64,000 bases of DNA from an uncultured Candidatus Saccharibacteria bacterium (GTDB lineage Bacteria > Patescibacteriota > JABMPQ01 > JAQVVF01): contig CAZNOH010000002.1 in NCBI GenBank assembly GCA_964574655.1, forward strand, positions 29,620 to 93,619. The letters run 5' to 3'. Positions 27,246-36,943 of the stretch are shown one piece after another. Under the pieces are notes generated by a model. That model ran no database searches. It saw nothing but the letters and a program-made list of their open reading frames with translations, and had not been told where the DNA came from. The number at the start of each line of letters is the position of its first letter. Position 1 is the stretch's first letter. A program made the translations under genes and the position numbers.

Positions 27246-28616
27246 ATGCTAAAAAAAATCATCAAAAATTCGCCACTATACTTGTTTTACGCCTTTATTT
27301 TCACCATTCCATTTCAAAAACGCCACATCTTCAATTTAGCAACCGCAAAAATAAATGATGTCTTTGTTGAATGGCAAACAATATCATTGTATATTTCTGA
27401 CATTCTATTAATTTTGTGTTTAATATTTTGGTTAATTAATTTAGTATTTCTTAAAAAACAAGAAACACAGAAAATAGACAAGTTATATTATATACTGCCA
27501 ATTTTAATCTTCTTCTTTAGTTTAGTAAGCGTTTTGGTAAATTATAATGCTTATATAGATCATAATGTGGCAATATATAAAATAACTAAATTAGCAGAAT
27601 TAATTCTGCTTTTTATTTTTATCATCAAGAATATTAATACAAAGAAAGTAATCACTATTTCCCTATCTACGCTCATAGCATCTGGAGTAGTGTCATCAAT
27701 AATTGCTATTCTACAATACCTAAAACAGCAAACACTTGGCTTAACAATGCTTGGTGAGCCATTAGTATTGCCAATACTGCCAAATGTAGCCAAAATCGTC
27801 CTAGACAATGGCAATGTCATTATGCGGGCTTATGGCACTTTTCCACATCCAAACGTACTAGCAGGCTTCCTGCTAGCAAACTTAGTGTTTGCAACTGCTC
27901 TAATTATCTATATTGTAGCTAATTATGGCTTAAATAAGCCTAAATATAGACTATTGACAATTCTAGTTTCATTTGGTGTAATACTGCAGATCTTCGCCTT
28001 TGTCTTCACATTCTCAAGAACAGCTTGGATTGCCTTAGTCATTGCATTGATATTATTTTGCATTTTACTAAGAAGGCAAATTACAGAAGCCTTAAAAAAA
28101 ACTCACGAGAGCCGTTTTTATCACATAATTGCAATTGTATTATTAGCAATAATCTTCGTGATAATTTCACAATGGCCACAAATCACCTCTCGAGCCGTAA
28201 TAGCAGATCAAAATGGTGATAAGGCAGTATCAAATCGAGCCTTCTATAACCAGGTATCGCTTGAAATAATAAAAAAACACCCAATCTTTGGAATTGGATA
28301 TGGAAATTTTGCTAGTCAAATGCAAAAGTATACTAGTCAAAAAATTGAATGGTGGCAATATCAGCCAACTCACAATATTTACTTATTAATTTGGGCAGAA
28401 ACTGGAATCTTTACCTTGCTTTCATTTTTAGCTCTAATCATAGTTATTAGTTATCAGTTAACAGTTAACAAATCGTTATTCAATCTAGCTAGCTTTAGTA
28501 TTTTAGTTGCCTTTTTGTTTATTGCCTTATTCGATCATTACTTATTCACAATTCAGCAGGGACAACTTCTTTTTTGGCTAATATTGGGCTTCACTGCAAC
28601 AAAAATTGACAAATAA
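27246..28616 (+). CDS. O-antigen ligase/Wzy-like polytopic membrane protein
   Basis: About 12 predicted TM segments and a periplasmic loop with FTFSRTAWIALVIAL, typical of Wzy_C-type proteins. Confidence 0.5.
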   Translation: MLKKIIKNSPLYLFYAFIFTIPFQKRHIFNLATAKINDVFVEWQTISLYISDILLILCLIFWLINLVFLKKQETQKIDKLYYILPILIFFFSLVSVLVNYNAYIDHNVAIYKITKLAELILLFIFIIKNINTKKVITISLSTLIASGVVSSIIAILQYLKQQTLGLTMLGEPLVLPILPNVAKIVLDNGNVIMRAYGTFPHPNVLAGFLLANLVFATALIIYIVANYGLNKPKYRLLTILVSFGVILQIFAFVFTFSRTAWIALVIALILFCILLRRQITEALKKTHESRFYHIIAIVLLAIIFVIISQWPQITSRAVIADQNGDKAVSNRAFYNQVSLEIIKKHPIFGIGYGNFASQMQKYTSQKIEWWQYQPTHNIYLLIWAETGIFTLLSFLALIIVISYQLTVNKSLFNLASFSILVAFLFIALFDHYLFTIQQGQLLFWLILGFTATKIDK

Positions 28617-28686
28617 AAAACCGGAAATTATTTCCGGCTTGTCCGCCTAAGTCACTTTAAAGACGAAGGTGAATTTTTATTAGAAA

Positions 28687-28995
28687 TTATTTAATTATAT
28701 CTTTCAGCAAATTGTTCGCGAGATTGCCCAAGAAATTCGTACTTTGATCATAATAATACATTGCAATTGAAATCGCCAAAAGGGTAAAAGACAGAATAAT
28801 CAAATTCCTCAAGTCTTTATTTATGTAGTTTGTTTTTAATGCTAGTGCGCCTGACTCGTTATTTAATTTTTTGCCATCATTTACAATCGGCGAATACATT
28901 TCTTTTTCAGCTTCCTGATTTTTATACAAATTCTTAATGTAATCAAGGTTTTTTTGTCTTCTTTCTTCGCTATTTTTCTTATTTTTCTTTCCCAT
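28687..28995 (-). CDS. hypothetical protein with a C-terminal TM segment
   Basis: K/E-rich N-terminus and one TM segment. Confidence 0.4.
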   Translation of the reverse strand: MGKKNKKNSEERRQKNLDYIKNLYKNQEAEKEMYSPIVNDGKKLNNESGALALKTNYINKDLRNLIILSFTLLAISIAMYYYDQSTNFLGNLANNLLKDIIK

Positions 28996-29413
28996 AAAAT
29001 TTTAGTTAATATTATAAACCATACATTAATGCAAGTAGGCCTTAAATAAACTTCTAGCTTAAATAAAAAAAACTTCTTGTCCTCCGGAGTCCAGCAGGCC
29101 TGCCTGCCGTAGTCAAAGCGAAGGCAGGACAAAGGAGGATTAATTTATAATTAATAAATATCATATCAAAAAACTAAAGTCAATTTTCCTTGTCTGACGA
29201 AGCAAAAAAGTGCGAAGGCAGATAAAAAACAAAAACCCCAGCAATAAGCTAGGGCTTTTGTTTTAGAATAGAAAGAACAAATGTTTAATTCAATTTCTAA
29301 TTATAATAAAAAATAAATAATAGTCAAGATACTTATCAACAACAAAACAGTTTTACATTTTAAACTAGAATGTTATATTGAATTATCACTTAATAATAAT
29401 TAACAAAAAACAA

Positions 29414-29965
29414 ATGGAGAACAAAGCAAAGAAAGCAGCCATTATTTTATCTGCTTTAGCAATTGCACTAGTTATAACAGGTGCAGGATGCAAAAAAAGC
29501 TCAAGTACAACAACAGAAAAAAATTGGACATCAGCAACTGACAAGGGTTCAATTACTGACAAGGCTATTTCTGGAAAAATAAATGGCAAAGATGTTTCAA
29601 TCGCAAATGTTACTGTTAAAAAATGGGACAATGAATATGACTGGTCGTTCTCAAATCAAGCACCATCTGCTGCTTGCGGAGTAGTTACAGGAAACGATGC
29701 AGTAAACATTAGCATGAAAACTTTGCAAAAAGGCACATTTGAAAAGAAAGTAGACGAAGAATTGCCATTCAACGATTACAGCTCATATTATTATTACAGC
29801 CAAGAAAATGGCACACCAATGAGCATTAATACAAATTGGGATGCTAAGGTTGTTATCAAGAATATTGACGAAGCTAATAAGAAAGTAACAGGCTGGGCAA
29901 AAGTCAGCTACGATGATAATAAGACAAACATTTCTGGATCATTTACTGCTGACCTCTGCGAATAA
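29414..29965 (+). CDS. putative lipoprotein
   Basis: Signal peptide with lipobox ITGAGC; start placed at MENKAKK. Confidence 0.5.
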   Translation: MENKAKKAAIILSALAIALVITGAGCKKSSSTTTEKNWTSATDKGSITDKAISGKINGKDVSIANVTVKKWDNEYDWSFSNQAPSAACGVVTGNDAVNISMKTLQKGTFEKKVDEELPFNDYSSYYYYSQENGTPMSINTNWDAKVVIKNIDEANKKVTGWAKVSYDDNKTNISGSFTADLCE

Positions 29966-30335
29966 TAAAAATCGCGAATTTACACAAATTCAGCACAAAT
30001 TTCACAAATAAAAAATGACGTTTTAACACGTCATTTTTTTATGTTTGCTAGAATTGGCTAAGGTTGGAGTGAGATTTAATGAAAAATCTTTTTAAAGATC
30101 ATTCATATAAACCTTAGCCAGTTTTAGGAAACAGTTCAGTATGTATATCTTGTCAATAGTATTAACATAATATAGCAGTATTTTGCCTTGTTTAAGGCAA
30201 ACAACGTTTAGATAATTTTGTAATATTTAAAAATAGAATACTAATCAACAATATGCTTGATTTATTTATAAAATGTATTAGAATAAGGATAACAAGTAGC
30301 TTGGAGCAATAGATCGCAAGCTCGTATCAAATTTT

Positions 30336-30406
30336 CGGGGTGTAGTATACCGGTAGTACGCGTCCTTCGGGAGGATGTAGACTGGGTTCAATTCCCAGCA
30401 CCCCGA
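30336..30406 (+). tRNA. tRNA-Pro(CGG), copy 2
   Basis: Identical to copy 1 except for compensatory acceptor-stem changes (CA/TG to TG/CA) and a G-to-A change in the T-loop. Confidence 0.75.
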
Positions 30407-30408
30407 AA

Positions 30409-30493
30409 TTAATAACTAAATAACTAAATTCAAAATAACAAAATTATCGTTGATAAATTTAGTTATTTAGCATTTTGTTATTTAGTTATTTTT
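30409..30493. repeat. tRNA-associated hairpin element, second copy
   Basis: aataactaaataactaaattcaaaataacaaaatt-atcgttgat-aaatttagttatttagcattttgttatttagttattt. Confidence 0.6.
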
Positions 30494-30497
30494 AAAT

Positions 30498-30568
30498 GCG
30501 GGTATCGTATACCGGTATTACCTCAGCTTTCCAAGCTGATGAAAGGAGTTCAATTCTCCTTACCCGCT
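30498..30568 (+). tRNA. tRNA-Gly(TCC)
   Basis: Acceptor stem GCGGGTA/TACCCGC, anticodon arm TCAGC-TTTCCAA-GCTGA. Confidence 0.7.
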
Positions 30569-30735
30569 TGGTCAGTTTAAAATAGAATATTTTCAATTGA
30601 CCAAGCTCAAAAAACAGCACTAATAACGCTGTTTTTTTGATGCGCAAATTGTATAAAAAAATAAAAAAAAATATATTTCCACATAATAATTATTATGTTA
30701 TAATAATTCAAACAGTTTATGTTATCAAAAACAAA

Positions 30736-32469
30736 ATGAACCTAACAAGAGAACAACTTATTCAAATTCTAGTTGCAACAAAAATAATAGACGAAGCTAG
30801 ATTAGATGAGCTAATTAACCTCGCTAAAAAGGAAAATCAAAAAATAGAAAACGTGCTTGCTAGCGAAGGCATTATAGAAGAAAATGATTTATCGCAAAAA
30901 TATGCTGAAACTATTGGCGTTCCTTTTGTTGATCTAACAAAAGTTTCCATTAGAAAAGATCTATTGTTCCAAATTCCTGAAATAATCGCAAAAGCCAGCA
31001 ATGTTATTATCTTTGACGAAACAGATGAAGGAATAAAGATTGCCATGGTTGATCCAGAAGATCTGCAAACAATTGAATTCATTAAAAAGCAACTTCCTGG
31101 TAAAAGACTGCAAGTCCACCTTGCTACAAAGAAAGGAATGCTTTCCGTTTTAAAACAATACAAAAAAGGCTTACAGGCAGAATTTAATGAAATCATTGAT
31201 CAAAGTCTAGCAGCAACAAAAACCTCAGAAAAAGATTTGAAAAAAATGGCAGCTAATCTTCCAATAGTTAGAATCGTTGATACCTTGCTTGAACATGCTG
31301 TTTTGCAAAATGCTAGCGATGTGCATATTGAGCCTCTAGAAAAAAAAGCAATTGTTCGCTATAGAATTGATGGAATCCTACATGACGTTATTGTTCTGCC
31401 AAAAGAAATTATGCCTGGCATTGTTGCTAGAATAAAAATCATTACCGATTTGAAAATAGATGAACATAGATTGCCACAAGACGGACGTTTCAAAATAGAA
31501 AAAGAAGGTTACAAATTTTCTTTTCGTGTGTCCATACTGCCCATTTTTGATGGCGAAAAAATAGTCATGCGTTTATTATCAGAGACATCAGAAGTTCTGA
31601 CATTAGAACAGCTCGGCTTACAGCACGAAGCATTGGAAAAAGTAAAACTAAACATTCAGAAACCTTATGGCATGGTTCTGATCACTGGCCCAACAGGTTC
31701 AGGTAAAACAACAACACTCTATGCCATCATGGGAATTCTGAATACACCAGAAGTAAACATTTCCACAATTGAAGATCCGGTCGAATATAGAATGCCAAGA
31801 ATCAGCCAAAGCCAAGTAAAACCAAAGATTGGCTTCACTTTCAGCAACGGATTACGCGCACTTCTTCGTCAAGATCCGGACATTATCATGGTTGGTGAAA
31901 TTCGCGATAGCGAAACAGCAGGAATGGCGATTCATTCTGCTTTAACTGGCCATCTAGTATTATCAACACTTCATACAAATGATGCATCAAGCGCTCCTAC
32001 AAGACTTATTGATATGGGCGCAAAACCATTTTTAGTTACATCAACTTTAAATGTAGTTATCGCACAGCGCTTGGTTAGAAAAATTTGTACAAATTGCATG
32101 GAAAAATACAAGCTTGATAAGACAATGATTAATCTCTTAAAAAAGGAATTTGGCATTGAGCATCTTATGGAAGCACTAGTAAAAAGCAAGATTATGACAA
32201 ATCCAAAGCCAATTGAAGAAATTGAATTTTCCAGAGGCAAAGGTTGCGATCAATGTAATCAAGAGGGATCAAAAGGCAGAATTGGTATTTATGAAGTTTT
32301 TGAAACCTCGCCAAAAATTAATGAACTCGTGCTAGCCGACGCGCCAAGCGGAAAAATCAGCAAACAAGCTCAAGATGAAGGAATGCTGACAATGGCGCAA
32401 GATGGTTTTGTTAAAGCAGTTACTGGAATTACGACAATTGATGAAATTCTCAAGGTTACCAAAGATTAG
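30736..32469 (+). CDS. pilB: type IV pilus assembly ATPase PilB (GspE family)
   Basis: T2SSE_N-like N-terminal domain, Walker A GPTGSGKTT, a C-terminal tetracysteine CTNC...CDQC. Start placed at MNLTREQ. Confidence 0.9.
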   Translation: MNLTREQLIQILVATKIIDEARLDELINLAKKENQKIENVLASEGIIEENDLSQKYAETIGVPFVDLTKVSIRKDLLFQIPEIIAKASNVIIFDETDEGIKIAMVDPEDLQTIEFIKKQLPGKRLQVHLATKKGMLSVLKQYKKGLQAEFNEIIDQSLAATKTSEKDLKKMAANLPIVRIVDTLLEHAVLQNASDVHIEPLEKKAIVRYRIDGILHDVIVLPKEIMPGIVARIKIITDLKIDEHRLPQDGRFKIEKEGYKFSFRVSILPIFDGEKIVMRLLSETSEVLTLEQLGLQHEALEKVKLNIQKPYGMVLITGPTGSGKTTTLYAIMGILNTPEVNISTIEDPVEYRMPRISQSQVKPKIGFTFSNGLRALLRQDPDIIMVGEIRDSETAGMAIHSALTGHLVLSTLHTNDASSAPTRLIDMGAKPFLVTSTLNVVIAQRLVRKICTNCMEKYKLDKTMINLLKKEFGIEHLMEALVKSKIMTNPKPIEEIEFSRGKGCDQCNQEGSKGRIGIYEVFETSPKINELVLADAPSGKISKQAQDEGMLTMAQDGFVKAVTGITTIDEILKVTKD

Positions 32470-32550
32470 CGCGATGATAATTTAATATCCGAATATCTTA
32501 ATATCGGTAATATCTTTATTCATAAAGATATTCGGATATTAGGATATTAA
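32470..32550. repeat. orphan palindromic hairpin of the AATATCCG family between pilB and pilC
   Basis: aatatccgaatatcttaatatcggtaatatc...gatattcggatattaggatatt. Confidence 0.55.
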
Positions 32551-32564
32551 AATATTAAACTAGC

Positions 32565-33782
32565 ATGCCGAAATTTACTTATCTGGCTCGCGACAATCAA
32601 GGCAATATAAAAAGAGGCGAATTAACCGCGCCTAATGAAAAGTCATTAGCAAAGACATTGAGAAGCAAGGGCTTGCTTTTAACGCACGCTGAAAAAGAAG
32701 AAATCAAAAAGCATTTTTTCAGCAAAGACATGTCAGGCTTTCTAAGCAAAATAACTACAACTGACAAGATTCTTTTTACAAGAAACATGCAAGTAATGAT
32801 TAAAGCTGGTTTGCCAATTTCCAAATCACTAGAAATTCTTGTAAAACAAACCTCAAAAAAAAACTTCAAAAAAATAATTTCAGATATTTCTAGCAATGTT
32901 CAAAAAGGTAAAACATTAGCAGATAGTTTAGCAGTTTATCCAAAAATATTTCCACCCTTATTTGTTAACATGATCAAAGTCGGCGAAGTTGGTGGTGAAT
33001 TAGAAAAAGTCTTAGATCAGCTAGCTACTCAAATGAAAAAAGACAACGATCTTCTGTCTAACATCAAATCAGCAATGATTTATCCAGTCATTATTTTGCT
33101 TTTGATGATTGCAGTCGTGACAGTTATGATAATCTTTGTTTTACCTGAGTTGGCTAATGTTTTTAGAGATGTACAGGCTGATCTTCCTTTGCCTACTAGA
33201 ATACTCATCGGTTTTTCTGATTTTATTAGCAAATATGGAATTTACGTTGGAATCGCAATTATTGCTTTAGGCGTTCTGTTCTACATAATAATAAAAACTA
33301 AAGAAGGCCATAGAAGATTTCACAAAATACTGCTAGTCATCCCAGTTCTTGGCATTAACATTAAAAAAGTTAATCTAGCGCGTTTTGCAAGAACAACTAG
33401 CACTCTGCTTGTTAGTGGCGTTCCAATTGTTACAACATTAAATATTACCGGAGAGGTTTTAGGTAATTCAATATATCGTGAAGCAGTATATTCAGCAGGA
33501 GATGAAGTCAAAAAAGGTTTGCGCCTAGTTGAGGTACTAGAAAAAAACAAAAAATTATTTCCACCTCTTGTTACGCAAATGGTTGCGGTAGGAGAGGAAA
33601 CAGGCAGTTTAGATACTATTTTAAAGGATATTGCCGAATTTTATGAGGCAGATGTAACAAGAACAACTGAAAATTTGGCTTCAGTTATCGAGCCAATACT
33701 CATGATTACGCTAGGAATTGGTGTTGCTATTATGGCAATTGCCATTATTTCTCCAATATATTCGTTAATGGAAAAGATATAA
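32565..33782 (+). CDS. pilC: type IV pilus platform protein PilC (GspF family)
   Basis: Two GspF repeats and three TM segments, with a conserved MIKAGLPISKSLEIL segment. Confidence 0.85.
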   Translation: MPKFTYLARDNQGNIKRGELTAPNEKSLAKTLRSKGLLLTHAEKEEIKKHFFSKDMSGFLSKITTTDKILFTRNMQVMIKAGLPISKSLEILVKQTSKKNFKKIISDISSNVQKGKTLADSLAVYPKIFPPLFVNMIKVGEVGGELEKVLDQLATQMKKDNDLLSNIKSAMIYPVIILLLMIAVVTVMIIFVLPELANVFRDVQADLPLPTRILIGFSDFISKYGIYVGIAIIALGVLFYIIIKTKEGHRRFHKILLVIPVLGINIKKVNLARFARTTSTLLVSGVPIVTTLNITGEVLGNSIYREAVYSAGDEVKKGLRLVEVLEKNKKLFPPLVTQMVAVGEETGSLDTILKDIAEFYEADVTRTTENLASVIEPILMITLGIGVAIMAIAIISPIYSLMEKI

Positions 33783-33808
33783 TATTTAGTTTAAGATTAA
33801 ATATAAAA

Positions 33809-36154
33809 GTGCAAAAAAACAAAAAATTTGAAAAAGCCTTTACATTAGTAGAAACACTGATCGCCTTAGCCATACTAGCAATAGTGTCAGTAGGTATTTT
33901 TGGTATCTTCAAAGCTGTTAATAAGAGCGCTGGTATTTACGAAACTAGGACAGTTGCTACTGGTCTTGCAAATGCGCAAATGGAATTAATTAGAAATCTT
34001 CCTTATCTACAGGTTGGTACAACAGAGGGCTGGCCACAAGGCAACATTCCTTCAACTGCTGCTGCTAAAAACATTAACAATGTAAACTATATTGTTCATA
34101 CTGATATCCAATATGTTGACGACCCTTTTGATGAATTAGCACCTAATGATCCATATAATGCAGATTACAAAAAAGCTCGTGTTTGGGTAACATGGGATAA
34201 ATATCCTAGTGATCATCCAGTCGTTCTAGTCACAAATGTTGTTCCAAAAGGACAAGAATCTATAGAAAATGGTGGAACTCTGTCACTTCAAGTTTTTGAT
34301 AATGCAGTTGCCCCAGTATCACAAGTTTCAGTTCACATAGAAAATACTAATCTAATTCCAAATATTAATATCAACACACAAACAAATAATCAAGGCGAGC
34401 TAATTGTTCCAGCCTTGCCAATTGACACAGGCAACAACTACTATATAAGAGTAACAAAAACTGGTTACACTTCTGATTACACTGTTCCCATTACTCAACA
34501 AAATCCAAGTCCGACCTTGCCAAATCAGTCCATGCAACAAGGAACAATTACAGAAGTTAGCTTTACGATTGATCAAATCAGTCGTCTAACAATAAACGCT
34601 ACCGGCACAGAAGGTGGCGGCAGTTGGTGGGATGTTGGCTATCAATATCGCAAACAAGTAACCGTTCAAAATAACAATGTAAATATTTTGCCAGCTCATT
34701 CTTCAGTTGTCTTGAATCTTGACCATTATAGTCTAGTTCAAGCAGGTAAATCATTAAGCAATGGCAACGATATCAGAATTGTCTATTTTGATGGTTCAAG
34801 CTGGCATGATCTAGATAGAATAAATAGTACCTCCTGGAACCAAAATGGCACGCCAACAAAAATTTGGTTCGCGACACAGCAAGATATTGCTGGATCAGCA
34901 ACTTCAGATAGTTATTATTTATTTTACGACAATAGCGCTGCAATCAATCCAAGTACAAATCTTGCTTCTATATTTACTCCAGAAAGAGATAGTAATACAG
35001 CTGGACTATATTATTTTGAAAATTCAGAAGGAACAACAATAACTGATTCTTCTGGCAATAATAATGGCACTGTATCAAGCACAGCCTGGACAAGTGGCTT
35101 TAGCGGAAATTCATTGCTCTATAATTTGCCGACGTCATATTCAAAAGTTTCAGTTGCCGATGATTCTTCATTAGATATAGAAGGGCAGATAACATTGGAA
35201 GCATGGGTTAATCCAACCTCAATTGCTGGTAATCAATCCGTAATAGACCGTCTTAATAATTTTGCTTTATGGTTAGACAATGGCAAGCCTTCATTCGGTG
35301 TTTTTGACCAAGTTGCAGGCTTAAAAAGTATTCAAGCAATAGATACAATTCCTACTGATACTTGGACCTATATATCTGGCACTTATCTTCCAGGCAACAT
35401 GAAGGTTTTTATAAATGGTGAAGAAAAAAATTCAAAAAGCGAAACTGTAACTTATTTAACAGCAAATTCATCACCAATGTTTTTTGGCAATGGCGATAAT
35501 TTCGGCGAAAAATCATCTCAGTTTATCGGAAAAATTGATAGCGCCAAAATTTCCAATATAATCAGAGTCAATTTTCCATTTAGCAATATTCCAAATACTA
35601 ATTTATTGCTTGGCAATGAAGAAAGCGTTGTCACTGCTAATCCAGTTGCTGGTGTTAGCTTAAATATTGTTGGCGAAAGGCCACTTGGTCATGATGGAGA
35701 TGGAAATCCAATCATTAGAAACACATATCTAAATCAAGCAACAAATGCATCCGGCCAATTAATACTTTCAAATATTGAATGGGATAAATATACAATATCT
35801 TTAGCAGGTATAGGTTACGATCTAGCTGAGATCTCTCCTCCTAATCCAGTCAATGTTACACCTAATGAGAATCAAGTCGTAACCTTAGTTTTAGTTCCTC
35901 ATACTGATAACAGCTTAAGAGTTACAATTGTTGATAGCGCTAAAGAGCCAATCAACCAAGCCTTAGTTCATGTTACAGGCAACGGATTTGACCAAACAAA
36001 AACAACTGGCTCAGCAGGACAAGTATTCTTTAGCTCGTTATCTCAAGGTGCATATAATATAGAAGTCACAAAAACAGGATATGAAATATTAACTACTACT
36101 CAAGATGTTTCTGGCACAACAAGCCGTGAAATAATTTTAGCCCCACAACTTTAA
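33809..36154 (+). CDS. giant prepilin-like protein (781 aa) with CarbopepD-regulatory-like and LamG/ConA-like domains
   Basis: GTG start. Type IV pilin N-terminus KAFTLVETLIALAILAIV; a LamG-like block LEAWVNPTSIAG...KVFINGEEK; beta-sandwich repeats ending ...YNIEVTKTGYE. Confidence 0.7.
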   Translation: MQKNKKFEKAFTLVETLIALAILAIVSVGIFGIFKAVNKSAGIYETRTVATGLANAQMELIRNLPYLQVGTTEGWPQGNIPSTAAAKNINNVNYIVHTDIQYVDDPFDELAPNDPYNADYKKARVWVTWDKYPSDHPVVLVTNVVPKGQESIENGGTLSLQVFDNAVAPVSQVSVHIENTNLIPNININTQTNNQGELIVPALPIDTGNNYYIRVTKTGYTSDYTVPITQQNPSPTLPNQSMQQGTITEVSFTIDQISRLTINATGTEGGGSWWDVGYQYRKQVTVQNNNVNILPAHSSVVLNLDHYSLVQAGKSLSNGNDIRIVYFDGSSWHDLDRINSTSWNQNGTPTKIWFATQQDIAGSATSDSYYLFYDNSAAINPSTNLASIFTPERDSNTAGLYYFENSEGTTITDSSGNNNGTVSSTAWTSGFSGNSLLYNLPTSYSKVSVADDSSLDIEGQITLEAWVNPTSIAGNQSVIDRLNNFALWLDNGKPSFGVFDQVAGLKSIQAIDTIPTDTWTYISGTYLPGNMKVFINGEEKNSKSETVTYLTANSSPMFFGNGDNFGEKSSQFIGKIDSAKISNIIRVNFPFSNIPNTNLLLGNEESVVTANPVAGVSLNIVGERPLGHDGDGNPIIRNTYLNQATNASGQLILSNIEWDKYTISLAGIGYDLAEISPPNPVNVTPNENQVVTLVLVPHTDNSLRVTIVDSAKEPINQALVHVTGNGFDQTKTTGSAGQVFFSSLSQGAYNIEVTKTGYEILTTTQDVSGTTSREIILAPQL

Positions 36155-36159
36155 ACAAT

Positions 36160-36771
36160 ATGTTCAGAATATTTAAAAAAGAAAATGGTCTTACAGCTAT
36201 TGAACTAGTTATTACAATTGCAATTCTTGCGCTTGTTTCTGCAGCTCTCTATGGGTTTGTTACAATTTCCTTGAAAGCACAACAAAAAAGTTTTTCTGAA
36301 ATAAAAGCCGGAAATGAAGCCAGAAAGGCAATTCTCTCAATTGCCGATAATCTTCGTGATGCAATTCAGTCAGATTCAGGAAGCTACCCAATTCTAAGCG
36401 CAGGAAACCAAACAATTACATTTTTCACAAATATTGATCAAGACAGTGGAATTGAACGCGTTCGCTATTTTTTATCAGGAACAAATCTAAATATGGGAGT
36501 AATAGAACCTCAAGGAACACCAGTAACTTATCCAGCTGGCCAAGAACAAGTAAAGACAATTGCTCGCTATATGCAAAATGGAGCCAATCCAATCTTCTAC
36601 TATTATGATAAAAATTATACAGGCACAGAAGCAGCAATCAATCCAAGTAATGTCGGTGAAATCAGATTAATTAAAATAGTTGTTATCGTTGATGCAAATC
36701 CAAACAGCGATCCTCCTGCAACAACCATGGAAACAGAAGCACAATTACGTAATTTGAAAGACAATCTCTAA
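36160..36771 (+). CDS. prepilin-like (minor pilin/pseudopilin) protein
   Basis: N-terminal GLTAIELVITIAILALV class III signal. Confidence 0.65.
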   Translation: MFRIFKKENGLTAIELVITIAILALVSAALYGFVTISLKAQQKSFSEIKAGNEARKAILSIADNLRDAIQSDSGSYPILSAGNQTITFFTNIDQDSGIERVRYFLSGTNLNMGVIEPQGTPVTYPAGQEQVKTIARYMQNGANPIFYYYDKNYTGTEAAINPSNVGEIRLIKIVVIVDANPNSDPPATTMETEAQLRNLKDNL

Positions 36772-36943
36772 ACAAACTCTAAATTCTAAATACTAAACTC
36801 TTAATAAATCCAAAATCAAAATTATCAAAAAAATCTACATAAGCTTTTGGATATTTGAATTTTATCATTTGAATTTATTTAGGAGTTAAAAGCGACATTA
36901 GAAGCTTTTAACGAGTTTAGAATTTAGAATTTTTGAAAAAAAT

